Part shown: positions 39,402 through 53,112 of the stretch, piece by piece
Layout of the letters: every line of letters begins with the position of its first letter
Numbering within the stretch: position 1 is the stretch's first letter
Assembly (NCBI RefSeq): GCF_016026235.1
Contig: NZ_CP065613.1
Direction: 5' to 3' (one strand)
Source: Escherichia coli
Lineage (GTDB): Bacteria > Pseudomonadota > Gammaproteobacteria > Enterobacterales > Enterobacteriaceae
Length of the DNA stretch: 64,000 bases
Made by a program: the position numbers and the translations under genes
Notes under the pieces: generated by a model
Seen by the model: the letters and a program-made list of their open reading frames with translations, nothing else
The model's database searches: none
What the model was told of the DNA's origin: nothing

Positions 39402-40586
39402 CTACCCCAGTGGTTTCGCCAGCACCGGACTATCCGCCGCTTGCTGGCGCTTATAGCGACCATACAGCAGCAACGATGACATCGCAGCAAACGAAAGCAG
39501 GGCGGCAGGCAGCGCCACGTAATTATATGCCAGCCCCAGCGTCAGCATCATACCTCCGCAATATGCGCCGACGGCGCTACCGAGGTTAAACGCTATTTGC
39601 CCACCTGCGGCACCTAATAACTCTCCGCCTTTGGCATTTTGCAGTAACAATATTTGCAGAGGTGCTGAAAGGGCAAATAATCCCGCGCAACAAATAAAAG
39701 CAAAAATAAGCGACGTTGTTTTCATGCCGCCGCAGAAAAAGAGCATCAGCAGTGCCAGTACAATGATAAAGTCAGTCACTGCTGCAATGCGCAGTGGTGA
39801 ATAACGTCCTGAAATCCTGCCACTTAGCATATTTCCCAGCACCATCCCTAGCCCAACTAACATCATAATAAAGGTCATCGCCGTTTCCGAAAAACCGGAA
39901 ATAAACATCATGTATGGCTTTACGTAGCTGAACCAGGCAAACACACCTGCGTTGCCAAACATGGTGGCGGCGAAAATTAACCACGGGGCCGGGCTGCGCA
40001 AAAAGTGAAATTGTTCGCGCAGCTTTCCTTTCGCCTCGTCGCGAATATCCGGCACCCAAAAATAGACCGATGCCATCACCGCAATATTAAAAACAGCGAT
40101 CAATAAAAAGGTGTAACGCCAGCTAAATTCCTGACTTAAATACGTTCCCAGCGGAATGCCCAGCAAATTGGCGACTGTCATCCCGGAAACCATCCCCGCC
40201 ACGGCGGCGGTGACTTTTCCGGGTTTGATAATTTTTGATAACACGATCGCTCCGACGCCAAAAAATGCGCCATGCGGAAAGCCGGAAACCAGGCGACCAA
40301 TGGCAAGCATCAGGTAAGACGAAGAGAGCGTGAACATGGCGTTGCCAATGACGCACAACGCCACCAGAAACAACAAGATATGTTTGAGTGAGTAGCGGCT
40401 GGAAAAGAGTGCGATGATTGGCGCACCGACCACCACCCCCAGCGCATAATACGAGATCATATGCCCGGCAGCAGGAATCGAAATTCCTACGTTATGCGCC
40501 AGCTCCGTGAGCACGCCCATAATGCCAAATTCGGCCATCCCCAAACCAAACGTGCCCAGAGCCAAAGATAAAATGACTTTTTTCAT
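39402..40586 (-). CDS. araJ: MFS transporter AraJ
   Basis: ORF 39402..40670; ATG at 40586 (MKKVILSLALGTFGLG...) gives 394 aa. Confidence 0.9.
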   Translation of the reverse strand: MKKVILSLALGTFGLGMAEFGIMGVLTELAHNVGISIPAAGHMISYYALGVVVGAPIIALFSSRYSLKHILLFLVALCVIGNAMFTLSSSYLMLAIGRLVSGFPHGAFFGVGAIVLSKIIKPGKVTAAVAGMVSGMTVANLLGIPLGTYLSQEFSWRYTFLLIAVFNIAVMASVYFWVPDIRDEAKGKLREQFHFLRSPAPWLIFAATMFGNAGVFAWFSYVKPYMMFISGFSETAMTFIMMLVGLGMVLGNMLSGRISGRYSPLRIAAVTDFIIVLALLMLFFCGGMKTTSLIFAFICCAGLFALSAPLQILLLQNAKGGELLGAAGGQIAFNLGSAVGAYCGGMMLTLGLAYNYVALPAALLSFAAMSSLLLYGRYKRQQAADSPVLAKPLG

Positions 40587-40711
40587 ACCACCATCACAAC
40601 CACCAGAACGGCTACCAATCACCGTAGCCAATAAAGTGATAGCTTGCAGGATAACGACCAGCAAGGCCAAGAGATAATTCGCCCCTCTGTATTCATTATC
40701 CTGCTGAATAG

Positions 40712-43700
40712 TTATTTCACTGCAAACGTACTTTCCAGTTTGCTGTAGCCCAGGCCGTTGATCTTTTTCACTTTGATCTGCACCGGAATACGCTCTTTCA
40801 TCGCTTCTACGTGGCTAATCACACCGATGGTTTTGCCACTGGCGTTCAGGGCATCCAGCGCATCAAGGGCGGTATCCAGCGTTTCGCTATCCAGCGTGCC
40901 AAAACCTTCATCAAGGAACAGCGAGTCAATACGCGTTTTATGGCTGACCAGATCTGAAAGCGCCAGCGCCAGCGCCAGACTGACGAGGAAACTTTCGCCG
41001 CCAGAAAGGGTACGGGTGTCGCGTACCGCATCTGCCTGCCAGGTATCAACAACCTCGACTTCCAGCGCCTCGCTGGCTTTGCGCTGTAACAGATAGCGCC
41101 CGTGCAGTCGGGTAAGTTGCTGATTAGCGAGATGGACTAAATTATCCAGCGTCAGCCCCTGGCCAAACTTGCGGAATTTATCGCCCTCTTTGGAACCTAT
41201 TAGCGAATTCAGATATCCCCAGTCCTCAACCTGCTGCGTCATTTGAGCAATTTGCTGCAGTAAGGTTTGTTGTTGCTGACGGTTATCTGCATCCTGCTTC
41301 AGCTGCTGGCGAATCTCGCCTTGACTCGTGGTGTTTTCACGCAACTTTTGGTGAGTTTGCGCTAACTCTTGCTGAATCTGCTCCACCGTCACAGTGAGAG
41401 CCAACCCGCCAGGTCGGTGTTGCTGATGCTGTGCCAGCGTTTCTGCTGTCTGAGTGACCAGCGTTTGCGCCTGACGGCGCTGGTTTTCCAGATTCTGCTT
41501 GAGCTGTTCCAGTTGCGTTAGTGTTTGTTCATCCATTAGCGCCGCAAGGAACGCCTGCTGATCGTCAAAGACGCTGGCCTGTAGCGCGGTGTCAAACTGC
41601 GCCTGGGCTTTTTGCAGACTTTGCGCCGCCAGAACGTCCTGTTGCTGTAACGTCTGTTGCTGGCTGTGTAGTGCGAGACATTGTTCATGAACCTGCCGCC
41701 AGTTTTCCAGCACCACAGTTTCTTCGCTGTGCGGGAGTTCATCTCTTTGCGGCAACGTTTCCAGAATCGGCGTCAGCTGCTGAATACGGTTTTGCAGCGC
41801 GGTTAATTCGTTCTGGCGTTGCTGCCAGCTCTGCGCTTCTTGCTGACGTGTCGCCAACCAGCTCTCTTCTTCATCTTCCTGTGGCAATGTCAGTGCATAA
41901 CCCGCCAATGCCGTTAAGAGCTGCTGCTGGCGTTGTTCAATTTGCTGTTGATACTGGATAATTTGCTGATTATGCGCGGCAATCTGCCCTTGTAATTCAT
42001 GTCGTTGGCTGAGTAACCGCAGCTGGCGTTCGTGCTCATCTTGTGCATCCAGCCACGGTTGAATATCGTCCTGTGGCTGCAAGGTGATATTGAGGCTGGC
42101 CGTGACGGCTTGCCATTGTTGAGTAAGTGCTTGCTCATCTTGTCGGAGGCTTTGCGCTTCGTTTTCATCGCGCTGAAGCTGCTTCGTTAATGCATCCAGT
42201 TGCCCGCGCAGCGCCGCACCTTCTTCGCCGAGCTTTTTAACTTCGTTTTCCAGCGCCAGTAATCGAGACTGATTAACACCAGGCTCCAGCGCCTGATACG
42301 CCTCGACCGCCGGGTGGCTGGTGGAACCACAAAGTGGACAAGGCTGACCCGCCTGTAACTGTGCACGTTGAGCTTCCAGCGTTTTGATGCGCGCTTCCTG
42401 CTCGCAAATGGTTTTCACATCGGCAAGTTGCTGCGTCTTTTCTTTATAACGCTGGCGCATTTCGTTAAGTGCGGCGTTACGTTGCGTCTGTTCTTGCGTG
42501 ACATTCTGGATAGCGACCTGTAACTGCGCCAGACGTTTTTGTTGGGGAACAATCTGCCCATGCAGCGCGACCAGGCGCTGACGCAGTGGGCGTTGCTCGG
42601 CATGTTGCGCCAGGGCGCTAGCAACTTCATCGGCGGTTAACGTCAACGTGATCGCCGCAAGCGTATTAAGTTTTTGCTCAGCATGGGTTAACTGTTGCTG
42701 CCATTGCCGCAGATGCTCGCGATCGCTGGTTTGTTGGGAGAACTGCGCACGCCAACCCGCCAGTTCGTTGTTCCACTGACGGAAGCGGTCGTGTTCCTGT
42801 AACCAGGTATTCAGGCTTTGTTGCTGCTGCTGTAATTCTGCTGACTGCTTCGCCGCGTGGTGGCGAATGCTCGCGCGAAGCGCCATTGTGCTCTGTAAGC
42901 GAGTATTTACTTCTTCAATCTGCTGGCGAGTATGCGCCAGCGCCGCGCTGTGTTCTGCGATGCGTTCCCAGTGCGGACGAAGATTTCGTGCCGGTTGTGC
43001 CAGACTGAGCGCCGCCAGTTGAGGTTGCGCTTTTTCTTCTTCGGCTAACGCCTGTTGCAAGGCCTGCTGACGGCGGCTGGCTTCTTGCTGCAATTCGTCC
43101 AGACGCGTTAACCAGTTTAGTGATTGTTGTTCTTGCTGCTGCGCGGTAAGTAACTGTTTTTCTTCGTCAGTAAGTACCTGCAAACTCGCTGTCAGCGATT
43201 GCACTTGTTCCGGCGTGAGCAACGCGACGCCGCTGGCCTGCGCTTGCAGCTTCTCCAGCTCTGTGCGGGCCGATTTGTGCTGCTCAAAAACCATCGCCGA
43301 GATTTGCCCGTAGATTTCAGTGCCGGTTAACTCCTCGAGCAATTCCGCGCGTTCTTTGGGTTTGGCATTCAGGAAGGCAGCAAATTGCCCCTGCGAAAGC
43401 AGCATCGAACGGGTGAAGCGCCCGTAATCCAGCCCGGTTAACGTCGCTGTCAGTTCCAGCTTATCTTTCACTTTGTCGGCGAGAATTTTGCCGTCGGCGC
43501 AGCGCGCCAGCTCTACGCGTGGCACCTGCAAATTACCGTCGGGTTGGTTACGCGCCCGATTCTGGCTCCAGAATGCACGGTACGCTTCACCTTTCACTTC
43601 AAACTCCACCTCCGCCAGACATTCGGCGGTATCGCGGGTCATGAGATCATTTTGCGATTGTGAAACGTTAGAGAGACGCGGAGTTTCGTGATACAGCGCC

Positions 43701-43855
43701 AGACAAATGGCGTCCAGCAGGGTGGTTTTCCCCGCACCTGTTGGGCCGGTAATAGCAAACAGCCCGTTGCTGGCGAACGGCTCGCGGGTGAAATCAATCT
43801 TCCATTCGCCTTTTAATGAGTTCAGGTTTTTCAGGCGCAGGCTGAGAATTTTCAT
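40712..43855 (-). CDS. sbcC: SbcCD nuclease ATPase subunit SbcC
   Basis: 1047 aa; N-terminal Walker [10 protein letters not shown], long coiled coil with CPLCGS zinc hook, C-terminal [13 protein letters not shown]. Confidence 0.95.
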   Translation of the reverse strand: MKILSLRLKNLNSLKGEWKIDFTREPFASNGLFAITGPTGAGKTTLLDAICLALYHETPRLSNVSQSQNDLMTRDTAECLAEVEFEVKGEAYRAFWSQNRARNQPDGNLQVPRVELARCADGKILADKVKDKLELTATLTGLDYGRFTRSMLLSQGQFAAFLNAKPKERAELLEELTGTEIYGQISAMVFEQHKSARTELEKLQAQASGVALLTPEQVQSLTASLQVLTDEEKQLLTAQQQEQQSLNWLTRLDELQQEASRRQQALQQALAEEEKAQPQLAALSLAQPARNLRPHWERIAEHSAALAHTRQQIEEVNTRLQSTMALRASIRHHAAKQSAELQQQQQSLNTWLQEHDRFRQWNNELAGWRAQFSQQTSDREHLRQWQQQLTHAEQKLNTLAAITLTLTADEVASALAQHAEQRPLRQRLVALHGQIVPQQKRLAQLQVAIQNVTQEQTQRNAALNEMRQRYKEKTQQLADVKTICEQEARIKTLEAQRAQLQAGQPCPLCGSTSHPAVEAYQALEPGVNQSRLLALENEVKKLGEEGAALRGQLDALTKQLQRDENEAQSLRQDEQALTQQWQAVTASLNITLQPQDDIQPWLDAQDEHERQLRLLSQRHELQGQIAAHNQQIIQYQQQIEQRQQQLLTALAGYALTLPQEDEEESWLATRQQEAQSWQQRQNELTALQNRIQQLTPILETLPQRDELPHSEETVVLENWRQVHEQCLALHSQQQTLQQQDVLAAQSLQKAQAQFDTALQASVFDDQQAFLAALMDEQTLTQLEQLKQNLENQRRQAQTLVTQTAETLAQHQQHRPGGLALTVTVEQIQQELAQTHQKLRENTTSQGEIRQQLKQDADNRQQQQTLLQQIAQMTQQVEDWGYLNSLIGSKEGDKFRKFGQGLTLDNLVHLANQQLTRLHGRYLLQRKASEALEVEVVDTWQADAVRDTRTLSGGESFLVSLALALALSDLVSHKTRIDSLFLDEGFGTLDSETLDTALDALDALNASGKTIGVISHVEAMKERIPVQIKVKKINGLGYSKLESTFAVK

Positions 43856-45054
43856 GCTTCGTGTTCTCCGGCGAGGGTATGCAACGTCGTGGTGAAAAGA
43901 TGCTGCAGACGTTGCTGCTGCGATTCATCCAGTTCTTCCAGTGCCAGACGGCGATTGAACACCTCTTCGACGCTGAGTTCGCTGAGGGTTTCACGCTGTT
44001 GGCTGGCTAACACACGCTCGCGCTGTTCACGACTCCGACGTACCAGCAATACTTCGACAGGCAATGATTCGGTTAATGCCTGGATTTTGCGCTGAATATC
44101 ATGCAGATACTCATCAGTAGTGATTTCGATATCCAGCCAGACAGGTGGCTCCTGCGATACATCGCGCCACTGTTCCAGCTGTGCGGTAATCGACGCCAGA
44201 TCGCCTTTCAGCACTGCCATGGGTTGCGTTACCGGTACGTTCAGGTTTTCCACGCTCTCTAATTTGCCGTTTGAAAATGTCACCAGATGGACATATTTAC
44301 TCTTACCGCATTCATCAAAACTCAGTGGAATGGGGGAGCCGCAATAGCGAACATGTTCCATGCCGCCAATAATCTGTGCGCGGTGAATATGCCCGAGCGC
44401 GATGTAGTCGGCTGGTGGAAAGTTTTGTGCCGGAAACGCGTCCAGCGTGCCAATATAAATGTCACGCACGGCGTCACTTTTACTGGCCCCCACGGTCGTT
44501 AAATGTCCCGTGGCGATGATGGGCAGAGGCTGATCGCCGCGCAGTTTGCAGGCATCGGCATAGTGTTGTTGGTAATAATCGGTAATCGCTGCCAGTAAAT
44601 GCTGCTGTTTTTCAATACCGTTAAGCCCCGCCTGGCTGGTAATAATGTCACGCGGACGTAAAAACGGAATGGGGCACAGCACTGCGCCTGGCGTCCCGTC
44701 GCGACGAGGCAAGATTTGCGGCGCATGTCCGGCGCTGGCGACCACGGTAGTATTGAGGAACGCCATGATATCGCGCGATTCATTCAGCGTGGCGACCGAG
44801 TCATGGTTTCCTGCCAGTACCACCAGATGACAGCCAGTTTGCTGTAAATTGACAACAAAACGGTTGTATAACGTGCGGGCGTAACTGGGCGGCGAGCCGG
44901 TATCGAAAACATCACCGGCAACAATAATCGCATCCACCTGATGGGTTTGTGCTGTCTCCAGCAGCCAGTCAAGAAAAGCCTGATGTTCAGCTTCGCGGCT
45001 TTTACTGTAGAAGTTCTGGCCGAGATGCCAGTCTGAGGTGTGAAGGATGCGCAT
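43852..45054 (-). CDS. sbcD: SbcCD nuclease subunit SbcD (Mre11-like phosphoesterase)
   Basis: ORF 43852..45096; ATG at 45054 ([12 protein letters not shown]...) gives 400 aa; 4-nt overlap with sbcC. Confidence 0.95.
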   Translation of the reverse strand: MRILHTSDWHLGQNFYSKSREAEHQAFLDWLLETAQTHQVDAIIVAGDVFDTGSPPSYARTLYNRFVVNLQQTGCHLVVLAGNHDSVATLNESRDIMAFLNTTVVASAGHAPQILPRRDGTPGAVLCPIPFLRPRDIITSQAGLNGIEKQQHLLAAITDYYQQHYADACKLRGDQPLPIIATGHLTTVGASKSDAVRDIYIGTLDAFPAQNFPPADYIALGHIHRAQIIGGMEHVRYCGSPIPLSFDECGKSKYVHLVTFSNGKLESVENLNVPVTQPMAVLKGDLASITAQLEQWRDVSQEPPVWLDIEITTDEYLHDIQRKIQALTESLPVEVLLVRRSREQRERVLASQQRETLSELSVEEVFNRRLALEELDESQQQRLQHLFTTTLHTLAGEHEA

Positions 45055-45164
45055 AACGGTTCCCTGGCGAAAAAGCATGGGCGCGATTATACCCAAACAG
45101 ATGTGCCATTTGCTTTTTTCTGCGCCACGGAAATCAATAACCTGAAGATATGTGCGACGAGCTT

Positions 45165-45210
45165 TTCATAAATCTGTCATAAATCTGACGCATAATGACG
45201 TCGCATTAAT
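45165..45210 (+). promoter_or_regulatory. Pho boxes in the phoB promoter (TTTTCATAAATCTGTCATAAATCTGACGCAT...)
   Basis: Tandem CTGTCAT/TTTCAT-type 11-bp direct repeats read 30-80 bp upstream of the phoB ATG. Confidence 0.6.
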
Positions 45211-45243
45211 GATCGCAACCTATTTATTACAACAGGGCAAATC

Positions 45244-45933
45244 ATGGCGAGACGTATTCTGGTCGTAGAAGATGAAGCTCCAATTCGCGAAATGGTCTGC
45301 TTCGTGCTCGAACAAAATGGCTTTCAGCCGGTCGAAGCGGAAGATTATGACAGTGCTGTGAATCAACTGAATGAACCCTGGCCGGATTTAATTCTCCTTG
45401 ACTGGATGTTACCTGGCGGCTCCGGTATCCAGTTCATCAAACACCTCAAGCGCGAGTCGATGACCCGGGATATTCCAGTGGTGATGTTGACCGCCAGAGG
45501 GGAAGAAGAAGATCGCGTGCGCGGCCTTGAAACCGGCGCGGATGACTATATCACCAAGCCGTTTTCGCCGAAGGAGCTGGTGGCGCGAATCAAAGCGGTA
45601 ATGCGCCGTATTTCGCCAATGGCGGTGGAAGAGGTGATTGAGATGCAGGGATTAAGTCTCGACCCGACATCTCACCGAGTGATGGCGGGCGAAGAGCCGC
45701 TGGAGATGGGGCCGACAGAATTTAAACTGCTGCACTTTTTTATGACGCATCCTGAGCGCGTGTACAGCCGCGAGCAGCTGTTAAACCACGTCTGGGGAAC
45801 TAACGTGTATGTGGAAGACCGCACGGTCGATGTCCACATTCGTCGCCTGCGTAAAGCACTGGAGCCCGGCGGGCATGACCGCATGGTGCAGACCGTGCGC
45901 GGTACAGGATATCGTTTTTCAACCCGCTTTTAA
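45244..45933 (+). CDS. phoB: phosphate regulon response regulator
   Basis: 229 aa; OmpR-family receiver and winged-helix domains. Confidence 0.95.
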
Positions 45934-45990
45934 CGCCTTGCTCATCGGACGCAGAGCAGGGCTTATGATTTCTTAACTGGAGTATCTTAC

Positions 45991-47286
45991 GTGCTGGAAC
46001 GGCTGTCGTGGAAAAGGCTGGTGCTGGAGCTGCTACTTTGCTGCCTCCCGGCTTTCATCCTGGGTGCATTTTTTGGTTACCTGCCCTGGTTTTTGCTGGC
46101 ATCGGTAACGGGACTGCTTATCTGGCATTTCTGGAATTTATTGCGCCTTTCATGGTGGCTGTGGGTGGATCGTAGTATGACCCCGCCACCGGGGCGTGGT
46201 AGCTGGGAACCGCTACTATACGGCTTACACCAGATGCAGCTGCGAAATAAAAAACGCCGCCGTGAACTGGGCAATCTGATTAAACGCTTTCGTAGCGGCG
46301 CGGAGTCGCTACCCGACGCAGTGGTGCTGACCACGGAAGAGGGCGGTATTTTCTGGTGTAACGGTCTGGCGCAACAGATTCTTGGTTTGCGCTGGCCGGA
46401 AGATAATGGGCAGAACATCCTTAACCTGCTGCGTTACCCGGAGTTTACGCAATATCTGAAAACGCGTGATTTTTCTCGCCCGCTCAATCTGGTGCTCAAC
46501 ACCGGGCGGCATCTGGAAATTCGTGTCATGCCTTATACCCACAAACAGTTGCTGATGGTGGCGCGTGATGTCACGCAAATGCATCAACTGGAAGGGGCGC
46601 GGCGTAACTTTTTTGCCAACGTGAGCCATGAGTTACGTACGCCATTGACCGTGTTACAGGGTTACCTGGAGATGATGGATGAGCAACCCCTGGAGGGGGC
46701 TGTACGTGAAAAAGCGTTGCACACCATGCGCGAGCAGACCCAGCGGATGGAAGGGCTGGTGAAGCAATTGCTGACGCTGTCGAAAATAGAAGCCGCACCG
46801 ACGCATTTGCTCAATGAAAAGGTTGATGTGCCGATGATGCTGCGCGTTGTTGAGCGTGAGGCTCAGACTCTGAGTCAGAAAAAACAGACATTTACCTTTG
46901 AGATAGATAGCGGCCTCAAGGTGTCTGGCAACGAAGATCAGCTACGCAGTGCGATTTCGAACCTGGTCTATAACGCCGTGAATCATACGCCGGAAGGCAC
47001 GCATATCACCGTACGCTGGCAGCGAGTGCCGCACGGTGCCGAATTTAGCGTTGAAGATAACGGACCGGGCATTGCAGCGGAGCATATTCCGCGCCTGACC
47101 GAGCGTTTTTATCGCGTTGATAAAGCGCGTTCCCGGCAAACCGGCGGTAGCGGATTAGGGTTAGCGATCGTGAAACATGCTGTGAATCATCACGAAAGTC
47201 GCCTGAATATTGAGAGTACAGTAGGAAAAGGAACACGTTTCAGTTTTGTTATCCCGGAACGTTTAATTGCCAAAAACAGCGATTAA
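45991..47286 (+). CDS. phoR: phosphate regulon sensor histidine kinase
   Basis: 431 aa; H-box [11 protein letters not shown], HATPase motifs. Confidence 0.95.
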   Translation: MLERLSWKRLVLELLLCCLPAFILGAFFGYLPWFLLASVTGLLIWHFWNLLRLSWWLWVDRSMTPPPGRGSWEPLLYGLHQMQLRNKKRRRELGNLIKRFRSGAESLPDAVVLTTEEGGIFWCNGLAQQILGLRWPEDNGQNILNLLRYPEFTQYLKTRDFSRPLNLVLNTGRHLEIRVMPYTHKQLLMVARDVTQMHQLEGARRNFFANVSHELRTPLTVLQGYLEMMDEQPLEGAVREKALHTMREQTQRMEGLVKQLLTLSKIEAAPTHLLNEKVDVPMMLRVVEREAQTLSQKKQTFTFEIDSGLKVSGNEDQLRSAISNLVYNAVNHTPEGTHITVRWQRVPHGAEFSVEDNGPGIAAEHIPRLTERFYRVDKARSRQTGGSGLGLAIVKHAVNHHESRLNIESTVGKGTRFSFVIPERLIAKNSD

Positions 47287-47310
47287 TCCGCCTTTGTCAT
47301 CTTTTATTGC

Positions 47311-47340
47311 CATAAGCCAGCCGATGCTGGCTTATTTTCT
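47311..47340 (+). terminator. putative terminator after phoR
   Basis: Stem ATAAGCCAGC / GCTGGCTTAT with 4-nt loop, followed by a T-rich tract. Confidence 0.5.
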
Positions 47341-47692
47341 TTGCAGTCAAAATACGGGCGTTAGATTTTACAACGGTTGGTGATTTTTTGTTCGCATGAT
47401 TAGCCATGTCTTTTTCACGGAAATAGTGTTTTATACTGGTTGGTGATTTCTTATCGCTATATACCTCTGGTTTTTAGATCCCTCCTTGCTTTAAAACGTT
47501 ATAAGCGTTTAAATTGCGCTTCAGGTGCTGTCATACTGACTGCATTAACGCGGTAAATCGAAAAACTATTCTTCGCCGCGCCTGGTTGGGAGTATTTCCC
47601 GCTAAAATTGTTTAAATATACCGCTGTATCATCCCCAGGGATTGGCACAAAAATTTAACGTTACAACACCACATCCACAGGCAGTATGATTT

Positions 47693-49012
47693 ATGACCCA
47701 TCAATTAAGATCGCGCGATATCATCGCTCTGGGCTTTATGACATTTGCGTTGTTCGTCGGCGCAGGTAACATTATTTTCCCTCCAATGGTCGGCTTGCAG
47801 GCAGGCGAACACGTCTGGACTGCGGCATTCGGCTTCCTCATTACTGCCGTTGGCCTGCCGGTATTAACGGTAGTGGCGCTGGCAAAAGTTGGCGGCGGTG
47901 TTGACAGCCTCAGCACGCCAATCGGTAAAGTCGCTGGCGTGCTGCTGGCAACGGTTTGTTACCTGGCGGTGGGGCCGCTTTTCGCTACGCCGCGTACAGC
48001 TACCGTTTCCTTTGAAGTGGGGATTGCGCCGCTGACTGGTGATTCCGCGCTGCCGCTGTTTATCTACAGCCTGGTCTATTTCGCTATCGTTATTCTGGTT
48101 TCGCTCTATCCGGGCAAGCTGCTGGATACCGTGGGCAACTTCCTTGCGCCGCTGAAAATTATCGCGCTGGTCATCCTGTCTGTTGCCGCGATTGTCTGGC
48201 CGGCGGGTTCTATCAGCACGGCGACTGAGGCTTATCAAAACGCTGCGTTTTCTAACGGCTTCGTTAACGGCTATCTGACCATGGATACGCTGGGCGCAAT
48301 GGTGTTTGGTATCGTTATTGTTAACGCGGCGCGTTCTCGTGGCGTTACCGAAGCGCGTCTGCTGACCCGTTATACCGTCTGGGCTGGCCTGATGGCGGGT
48401 GTTGGTCTGACTCTGCTGTACCTGGCGCTGTTCCGTCTGGGTTCAGACAGCGCGTCGCTGGTCGATCAGTCTACAAACGGCGCTGCTATTCTGCATGCTT
48501 ACGTTCAGCACACCTTTGGCGGCGGCGGTAGCTTCCTGCTGGCGGCGTTAATCTTCATCGCCTGCCTGGTAACGGCAGTTGGCCTGACCTGTGCTTGTGC
48601 AGAATTCTTTGCCCAGTACGTACCGCTCTCTTATCGTACGCTGGTGTTTATCCTCGGCGGCTTCTCGATGGTGGTTTCTAACCTCGGCTTAAGCCAGCTG
48701 ATCCAGATCTCCGTACCGGTGCTGACCGCTATTTATCCGCCGTGTATCGCACTGGTTGTATTAAGTTTTACACGCTCATGGTGGCATAATTCGTCCCGCG
48801 TGATTGCTCCGCCGATGTTTATCAGCCTGCTTTTTGGTATTCTCGACGGGATCAAAGCATCTGCATTCAGCGATATCTTACCGTCCTGGGCGCAGCGTTT
48901 ACCGCTGGCCGAACAAGGTCTGGCGTGGTTAATGCCAACAGTGGTGATGGTGGTTCTGGCCATTATCTGGGATCGCGCGGCAGGTCGTCAGGTGACCTCC
49001 AGCGCTCACTAA
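47693..49012 (+). CDS. brnQ: branched-chain amino acid transporter (LIVCS family)
   Basis: 439-aa polytopic ORF. Confidence 0.95.
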   Translation: MTHQLRSRDIIALGFMTFALFVGAGNIIFPPMVGLQAGEHVWTAAFGFLITAVGLPVLTVVALAKVGGGVDSLSTPIGKVAGVLLATVCYLAVGPLFATPRTATVSFEVGIAPLTGDSALPLFIYSLVYFAIVILVSLYPGKLLDTVGNFLAPLKIIALVILSVAAIVWPAGSISTATEAYQNAAFSNGFVNGYLTMDTLGAMVFGIVIVNAARSRGVTEARLLTRYTVWAGLMAGVGLTLLYLALFRLGSDSASLVDQSTNGAAILHAYVQHTFGGGGSFLLAALIFIACLVTAVGLTCACAEFFAQYVPLSYRTLVFILGGFSMVVSNLGLSQLIQISVPVLTAIYPPCIALVVLSFTRSWWHNSSRVIAPPMFISLLFGILDGIKASAFSDILPSWAQRLPLAEQGLAWLMPTVVMVVLAIIWDRAAGRQVTSSAH

Positions 49013-49087
49013 ATCACTGAACATTTGTTTTAACCACGGGGCTGCGATGCCCCGTGGTTTTTTATTGTGTTGATGGGTTAGGAATTG

Positions 49088-50461
49088 ATGGAAAGTAAGA
49101 ACAAGCTAAAGCGTGGGCTAAGTACCCGCCACATACGCTTTATGGCACTGGGTTCAGCAATTGGCACCGGGCTGTTTTACGGTTCGGCAGACGCCATCAA
49201 AATGGCCGGTCCGAGCGTGTTGTTGGCCTATATTATCGGTGGTATCGCGGCGTATATCATTATGCGTGCGCTGGGGGAAATGTCGGTACATAACCCGGCC
49301 GCCAGCTCTTTCTCGCGTTATGCGCAGGAAAACCTCGGCCCGCTGGCAGGTTGCATTACCGGATGGACCTACTGCTTTGAAATCCTTATTGTCGCCATCG
49401 CCGATGTGACCGCTTTTGGTATCTATATGGGTGTCTGGTTCCCGACGGTGCCGCACTGGATTTGGGTACTGAGCGTGGTGCTGATCATTTGCGCCGTAAA
49501 CCTGATGAGCGTGAAGGTCTTCGGTGAGCTGGAATTCTGGTTCTCGTTCTTTAAAGTCGCCACCATCATCATCATGATTGTCGCCGGTTTCGGCATCATC
49601 ATCTGGGGGATTGGCAACGGCGGGCAACCGACCGGTATTCATAACCTGTGGAGCAACGGCGGCTTCTTCAGTAACGGCTGGCTTGGCATGGTAATGTCGT
49701 TGCAAATGGTGATGTTTGCTTACGGTGGGATCGAAATTATCGGGATTACCGCCGGTGAAGCGAAAGATCCTGAGAAATCGATACCGCGTGCGATTAACTC
49801 CGTGCCGATGCGTATTCTGGTGTTCTACGTCGGTACGCTGTTCGTCATTATGTCTATCTACCCGTGGAATCAGGTTGGCACTGCCGGTAGCCCGTTCGTG
49901 CTGACGTTCCAGCATATGGGCATTACCTTTGCCGCCAGCATTCTTAACTTTGTTGTGCTGACTGCTTCGCTGTCGGCAATTAACAGTGATGTATTTGGCG
50001 TAGGCCGTATGCTCCACGGTATGGCAGAGCAGGGCAGCGCGCCGAAAATTTTCAGCAAAACGTCGCGTCGCGGTATTCCGTGGGTTACGGTGCTGGTGAT
50101 GACTACCGCGCTGCTGTTTGCGGTGTATCTGAACTACATCATGCCGGAAAACGTCTTCCTGGTGATCGCTTCGCTGGCAACCTTCGCCACGGTGTGGGTG
50201 TGGATTATGATCCTGCTGTCGCAAATTGCCTTCCGTCGCCGTTTGCCGCCAGAAGAAGTTAAGGCGCTGAAATTTAAAGTGCCGGGTGGGGTAGCAACGA
50301 CCATCGGCGGGCTGATTTTCCTGCTCTTTATTATCGGGTTGATTGGTTATCACCCGGATACGCGTATCTCGCTGTATGTCGGTTTCGCGTGGATTGTTGT
50401 GCTGTTGATTGGCTGGATGTTTAAGCGTCGCCACGATCGTCAGCTGGCTGAAAACCAATAA
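49088..50461 (+). CDS. proY: proline-specific permease (APC family)
   Basis: ORF 49085..50461 starts on TTG; the adjacent ATG at 49088 gives 457 aa. Confidence 0.9.
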   Translation: MESKNKLKRGLSTRHIRFMALGSAIGTGLFYGSADAIKMAGPSVLLAYIIGGIAAYIIMRALGEMSVHNPAASSFSRYAQENLGPLAGCITGWTYCFEILIVAIADVTAFGIYMGVWFPTVPHWIWVLSVVLIICAVNLMSVKVFGELEFWFSFFKVATIIIMIVAGFGIIIWGIGNGGQPTGIHNLWSNGGFFSNGWLGMVMSLQMVMFAYGGIEIIGITAGEAKDPEKSIPRAINSVPMRILVFYVGTLFVIMSIYPWNQVGTAGSPFVLTFQHMGITFAASILNFVVLTASLSAINSDVFGVGRMLHGMAEQGSAPKIFSKTSRRGIPWVTVLVMTTALLFAVYLNYIMPENVFLVIASLATFATVWVWIMILLSQIAFRRRLPPEEVKALKFKVPGGVATTIGGLIFLLFIIGLIGYHPDTRISLYVGFAWIVVLLIGWMFKRRHDRQLAENQ

Positions 50462-50616
50462 TACTTGCGTTCTGTAAGCTGGTTCAGGAGGAAATCCTGA
50501 TCCGGCTATTCCGAAAGTTATCCGCCCCCGTCCTCCTCCCCCAAATATCCTTCAGATGATGAGTGATCCTGCATTAGGCTATGGCAAGGTGATCAGATTT
50601 TCATCACAGGGGAATT

Positions 50617-52434
50617 ATGATGTTAAATGCATGGCACCTGCCGGTGCCCCCATTTGTTAAACAAAGCAAAGATCAACTGCTCATTACACTGTGGCTGACG
50701 GGCGAAGACCCACCGCAGCGCATTATGCTGCGTACAGAACACGATAACGAAGAAATGTCAGTACCAATGCATAAGCAGCGCAGTCAGCCGCAGCCAGGCG
50801 TCACCGCATGGCGTGCGGCGATTGATCTCTCCAGCGGACAACCCCGGCGGCGTTACAGTTTCAAACTGCTGTGGCACGATCGCCAGCGTTGGTTTACACC
50901 GCAGGGCTTCAGCCGAATGCCGCCGGCACGACTGGAGCAGTTTGCCGTCGATGTACCGGATATCGGCCCACAATGGGCTGCGGATCAGATTTTTTATCAG
51001 ATCTTCCCTGATCGTTTTGCGCGTAGTCTTCCTCGTGAAGCTGAACAGGATCATGTCTATTACCATCATGCAGCCGGACAAGAGATCATCTTGCGTGACT
51101 GGGATGAACCGGTCACGGCGCAGGCGGGCGGATCAACGTTCTATGGCGGCGATCTGGACGGGATAAGCGAAAAACTGCCGTATCTGAAAAAGCTTGGCGT
51201 GACGGCGCTGTATCTCAATCCGGTGTTTAAAGCTCCCAGCGTACATAAATACGATACCGAGGATTATCGCCATGTCGATCCGCAGTTTGGCGGTGATGGG
51301 GCGTTGCTGCGCTTACGCCACAATACGCAGCAGCTGGGAATGCGGCTGGTGCTGGATGGCGTGTTTAACCACAGTGGCGATTCCCATGCCTGGTTTGACA
51401 GGCACAATCGTGGCACGGGGGGAGCTTGTCACAACCCTGAATCGCCCTGGCGCGACTGGTACTCGTTTAGTGATGATGGCATGGCGCTCGACTGGCTTGG
51501 CTATGCCAGCTTGCCGAAGCTGGATTATCAGTCGGAAAGTCTGGTGAATGAAATTTATCGCGGGGAAGACAGTATTGTCCGCCATTGGCTGAAAGCGCCG
51601 TGGAGTATGGACGGCTGGCGGCTGGATGTGGTGCATATGCTAGGGGAGGCGGGTGGGGCGCGCAATAATATGCAGCACGTTGCTGGGATCACCGAAGCGG
51701 CGAAAGAAACCCAGCCGGAAGCGTATATTGTCGGCGAACATTTTGGCGATGCACGGCAATGGTTACAGGCCGATGTGGAAGATGCCGCCATGAACTATCG
51801 TGGCTTCACATTCCCGTTGTGGGGATTTCTTGCCAATACCGATATCTCTTACGATCCGCAGCAAATTGATGCCCAAACCTGTATGGCCTGGATGGATAAT
51901 TACCGCGCAGGGCTTTCTCATCAACAACAATTACGTATGTTTAATCAGCTCGACAGCCACGATACTGCGCGATTTAAAACGCTGCTCGGTCGGGATATTG
52001 CGCGCCTGCCGCTGGCGGTGGTCTGGCTGTTCACCTGGCCTGGTGTACCGTGCATTTATTACGGTGATGAAGTAGGACTGGATGGCAAAAACGCTCCGTT
52101 TTGCCGTAAACCGTTCCCCTGGCAGGTGGAAAAGCAGGATACGGCGTTATTCGCGCTGTACCAGCGAATGATTGCGCTGCGTAAGAAAAGTCAGGCGCTA
52201 CGTCATGGCGGCTGTCAGGTGCTGTATGCGGAAGATAACGTGGTGGTATTTGTCCGCGTGCTGAATCAGCAGCGTGTACTGGTGGCAATCAACCGTGGCG
52301 AAGCTTGTGAAGTCGTGCTACCCGCGTCACCGTTGCTCAATGCCGTGCAATGGCAATGCAAAGAAGGGCATGGGCAACTGACTGACGGGATTCTGGCTTT
52401 GCCTGCCATTTCGGCTACGGTATGGATGAACTAA
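50617..52434 (+). CDS. malZ: maltodextrin glucosidase
   Basis: 605-aa ORF (true start may be the second Met); GH13 alpha-amylase family motifs. Confidence 0.9.
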   Translation: MMLNAWHLPVPPFVKQSKDQLLITLWLTGEDPPQRIMLRTEHDNEEMSVPMHKQRSQPQPGVTAWRAAIDLSSGQPRRRYSFKLLWHDRQRWFTPQGFSRMPPARLEQFAVDVPDIGPQWAADQIFYQIFPDRFARSLPREAEQDHVYYHHAAGQEIILRDWDEPVTAQAGGSTFYGGDLDGISEKLPYLKKLGVTALYLNPVFKAPSVHKYDTEDYRHVDPQFGGDGALLRLRHNTQQLGMRLVLDGVFNHSGDSHAWFDRHNRGTGGACHNPESPWRDWYSFSDDGMALDWLGYASLPKLDYQSESLVNEIYRGEDSIVRHWLKAPWSMDGWRLDVVHMLGEAGGARNNMQHVAGITEAAKETQPEAYIVGEHFGDARQWLQADVEDAAMNYRGFTFPLWGFLANTDISYDPQQIDAQTCMAWMDNYRAGLSHQQQLRMFNQLDSHDTARFKTLLGRDIARLPLAVVWLFTWPGVPCIYYGDEVGLDGKNAPFCRKPFPWQVEKQDTALFALYQRMIALRKKSQALRHGGCQVLYAEDNVVVFVRVLNQQRVLVAINRGEACEVVLPASPLLNAVQWQCKEGHGQLTDGILALPAISATVWMN

Positions 52435-52438
52435 CGTT

Positions 52439-53020
52439 TTATAACGCCTTGTGTGACGCCTGCGCCATCATCCGCGGATAAAACTGCCAGAAGCGGGTTT
52501 CGAGGGCGTCATAATGAGCGTCTAAATCGTACCAGGAGTCACGCAGGGCATCCAGACGTGGGCGGCGGCTTGCCATGCCGTTTAACACGTTCTGGATGAA
52601 ATCCATATCGCGATAGCGCACCAGCCACTGCTCTGACCACAAGTAATTGTTCAGATTGATAAAACGTGGCGGTGAGTCCGGCAAAATCGTCATCACTTGC
52701 TCGCGGGCATAACAGACAAATTCCTGTAGCGGAAAGTCCGGCGACAGCTGCGACCAGTGGCGGGAAAGAAAGTGATCCCACATGACATCCAGCGTAATAG
52801 GCGCAACGCGGCGAGTTTCACTACGAAACCATTCCCGTGCTTCGCGGACTTCCGGCAGATTGTCGGTTAATACGTCGATACGTCGATGCATATGAATGCC
52901 AGCCACGACGTCGGGCGGAAAACTTTCTTCAGGATTTCCGCGTACGAAATCAGCCAGTAAATTGCCGGAAAGCGAGCTTTCCGCGAGATGGGCTAAATGC
53001 AGGTGAGCTAAAAAATTCAT
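52439..53020 (-). CDS. acpH: acyl carrier protein phosphodiesterase
   Basis: 193-aa ORF ([25 protein letters not shown]...). Confidence 0.9.
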
Positions 53021-53112
53021 CGATTATATTCTATCCAAAAGGGGGTAAAGGTTGCAGGGAGAGCGCCCCGGCACTAGACTACCCGCCTCTTATTTTAGTC
53101 TGAGTCAGTGTC

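Noticed and set aside
49154-50458. 434-aa ORF on the minus strand fully antisense to proY
   Set aside because: Shadow ORF inside a well-supported transporter gene; translation is Arg/His/Gln-rich low-complexity typical of an antisense frame
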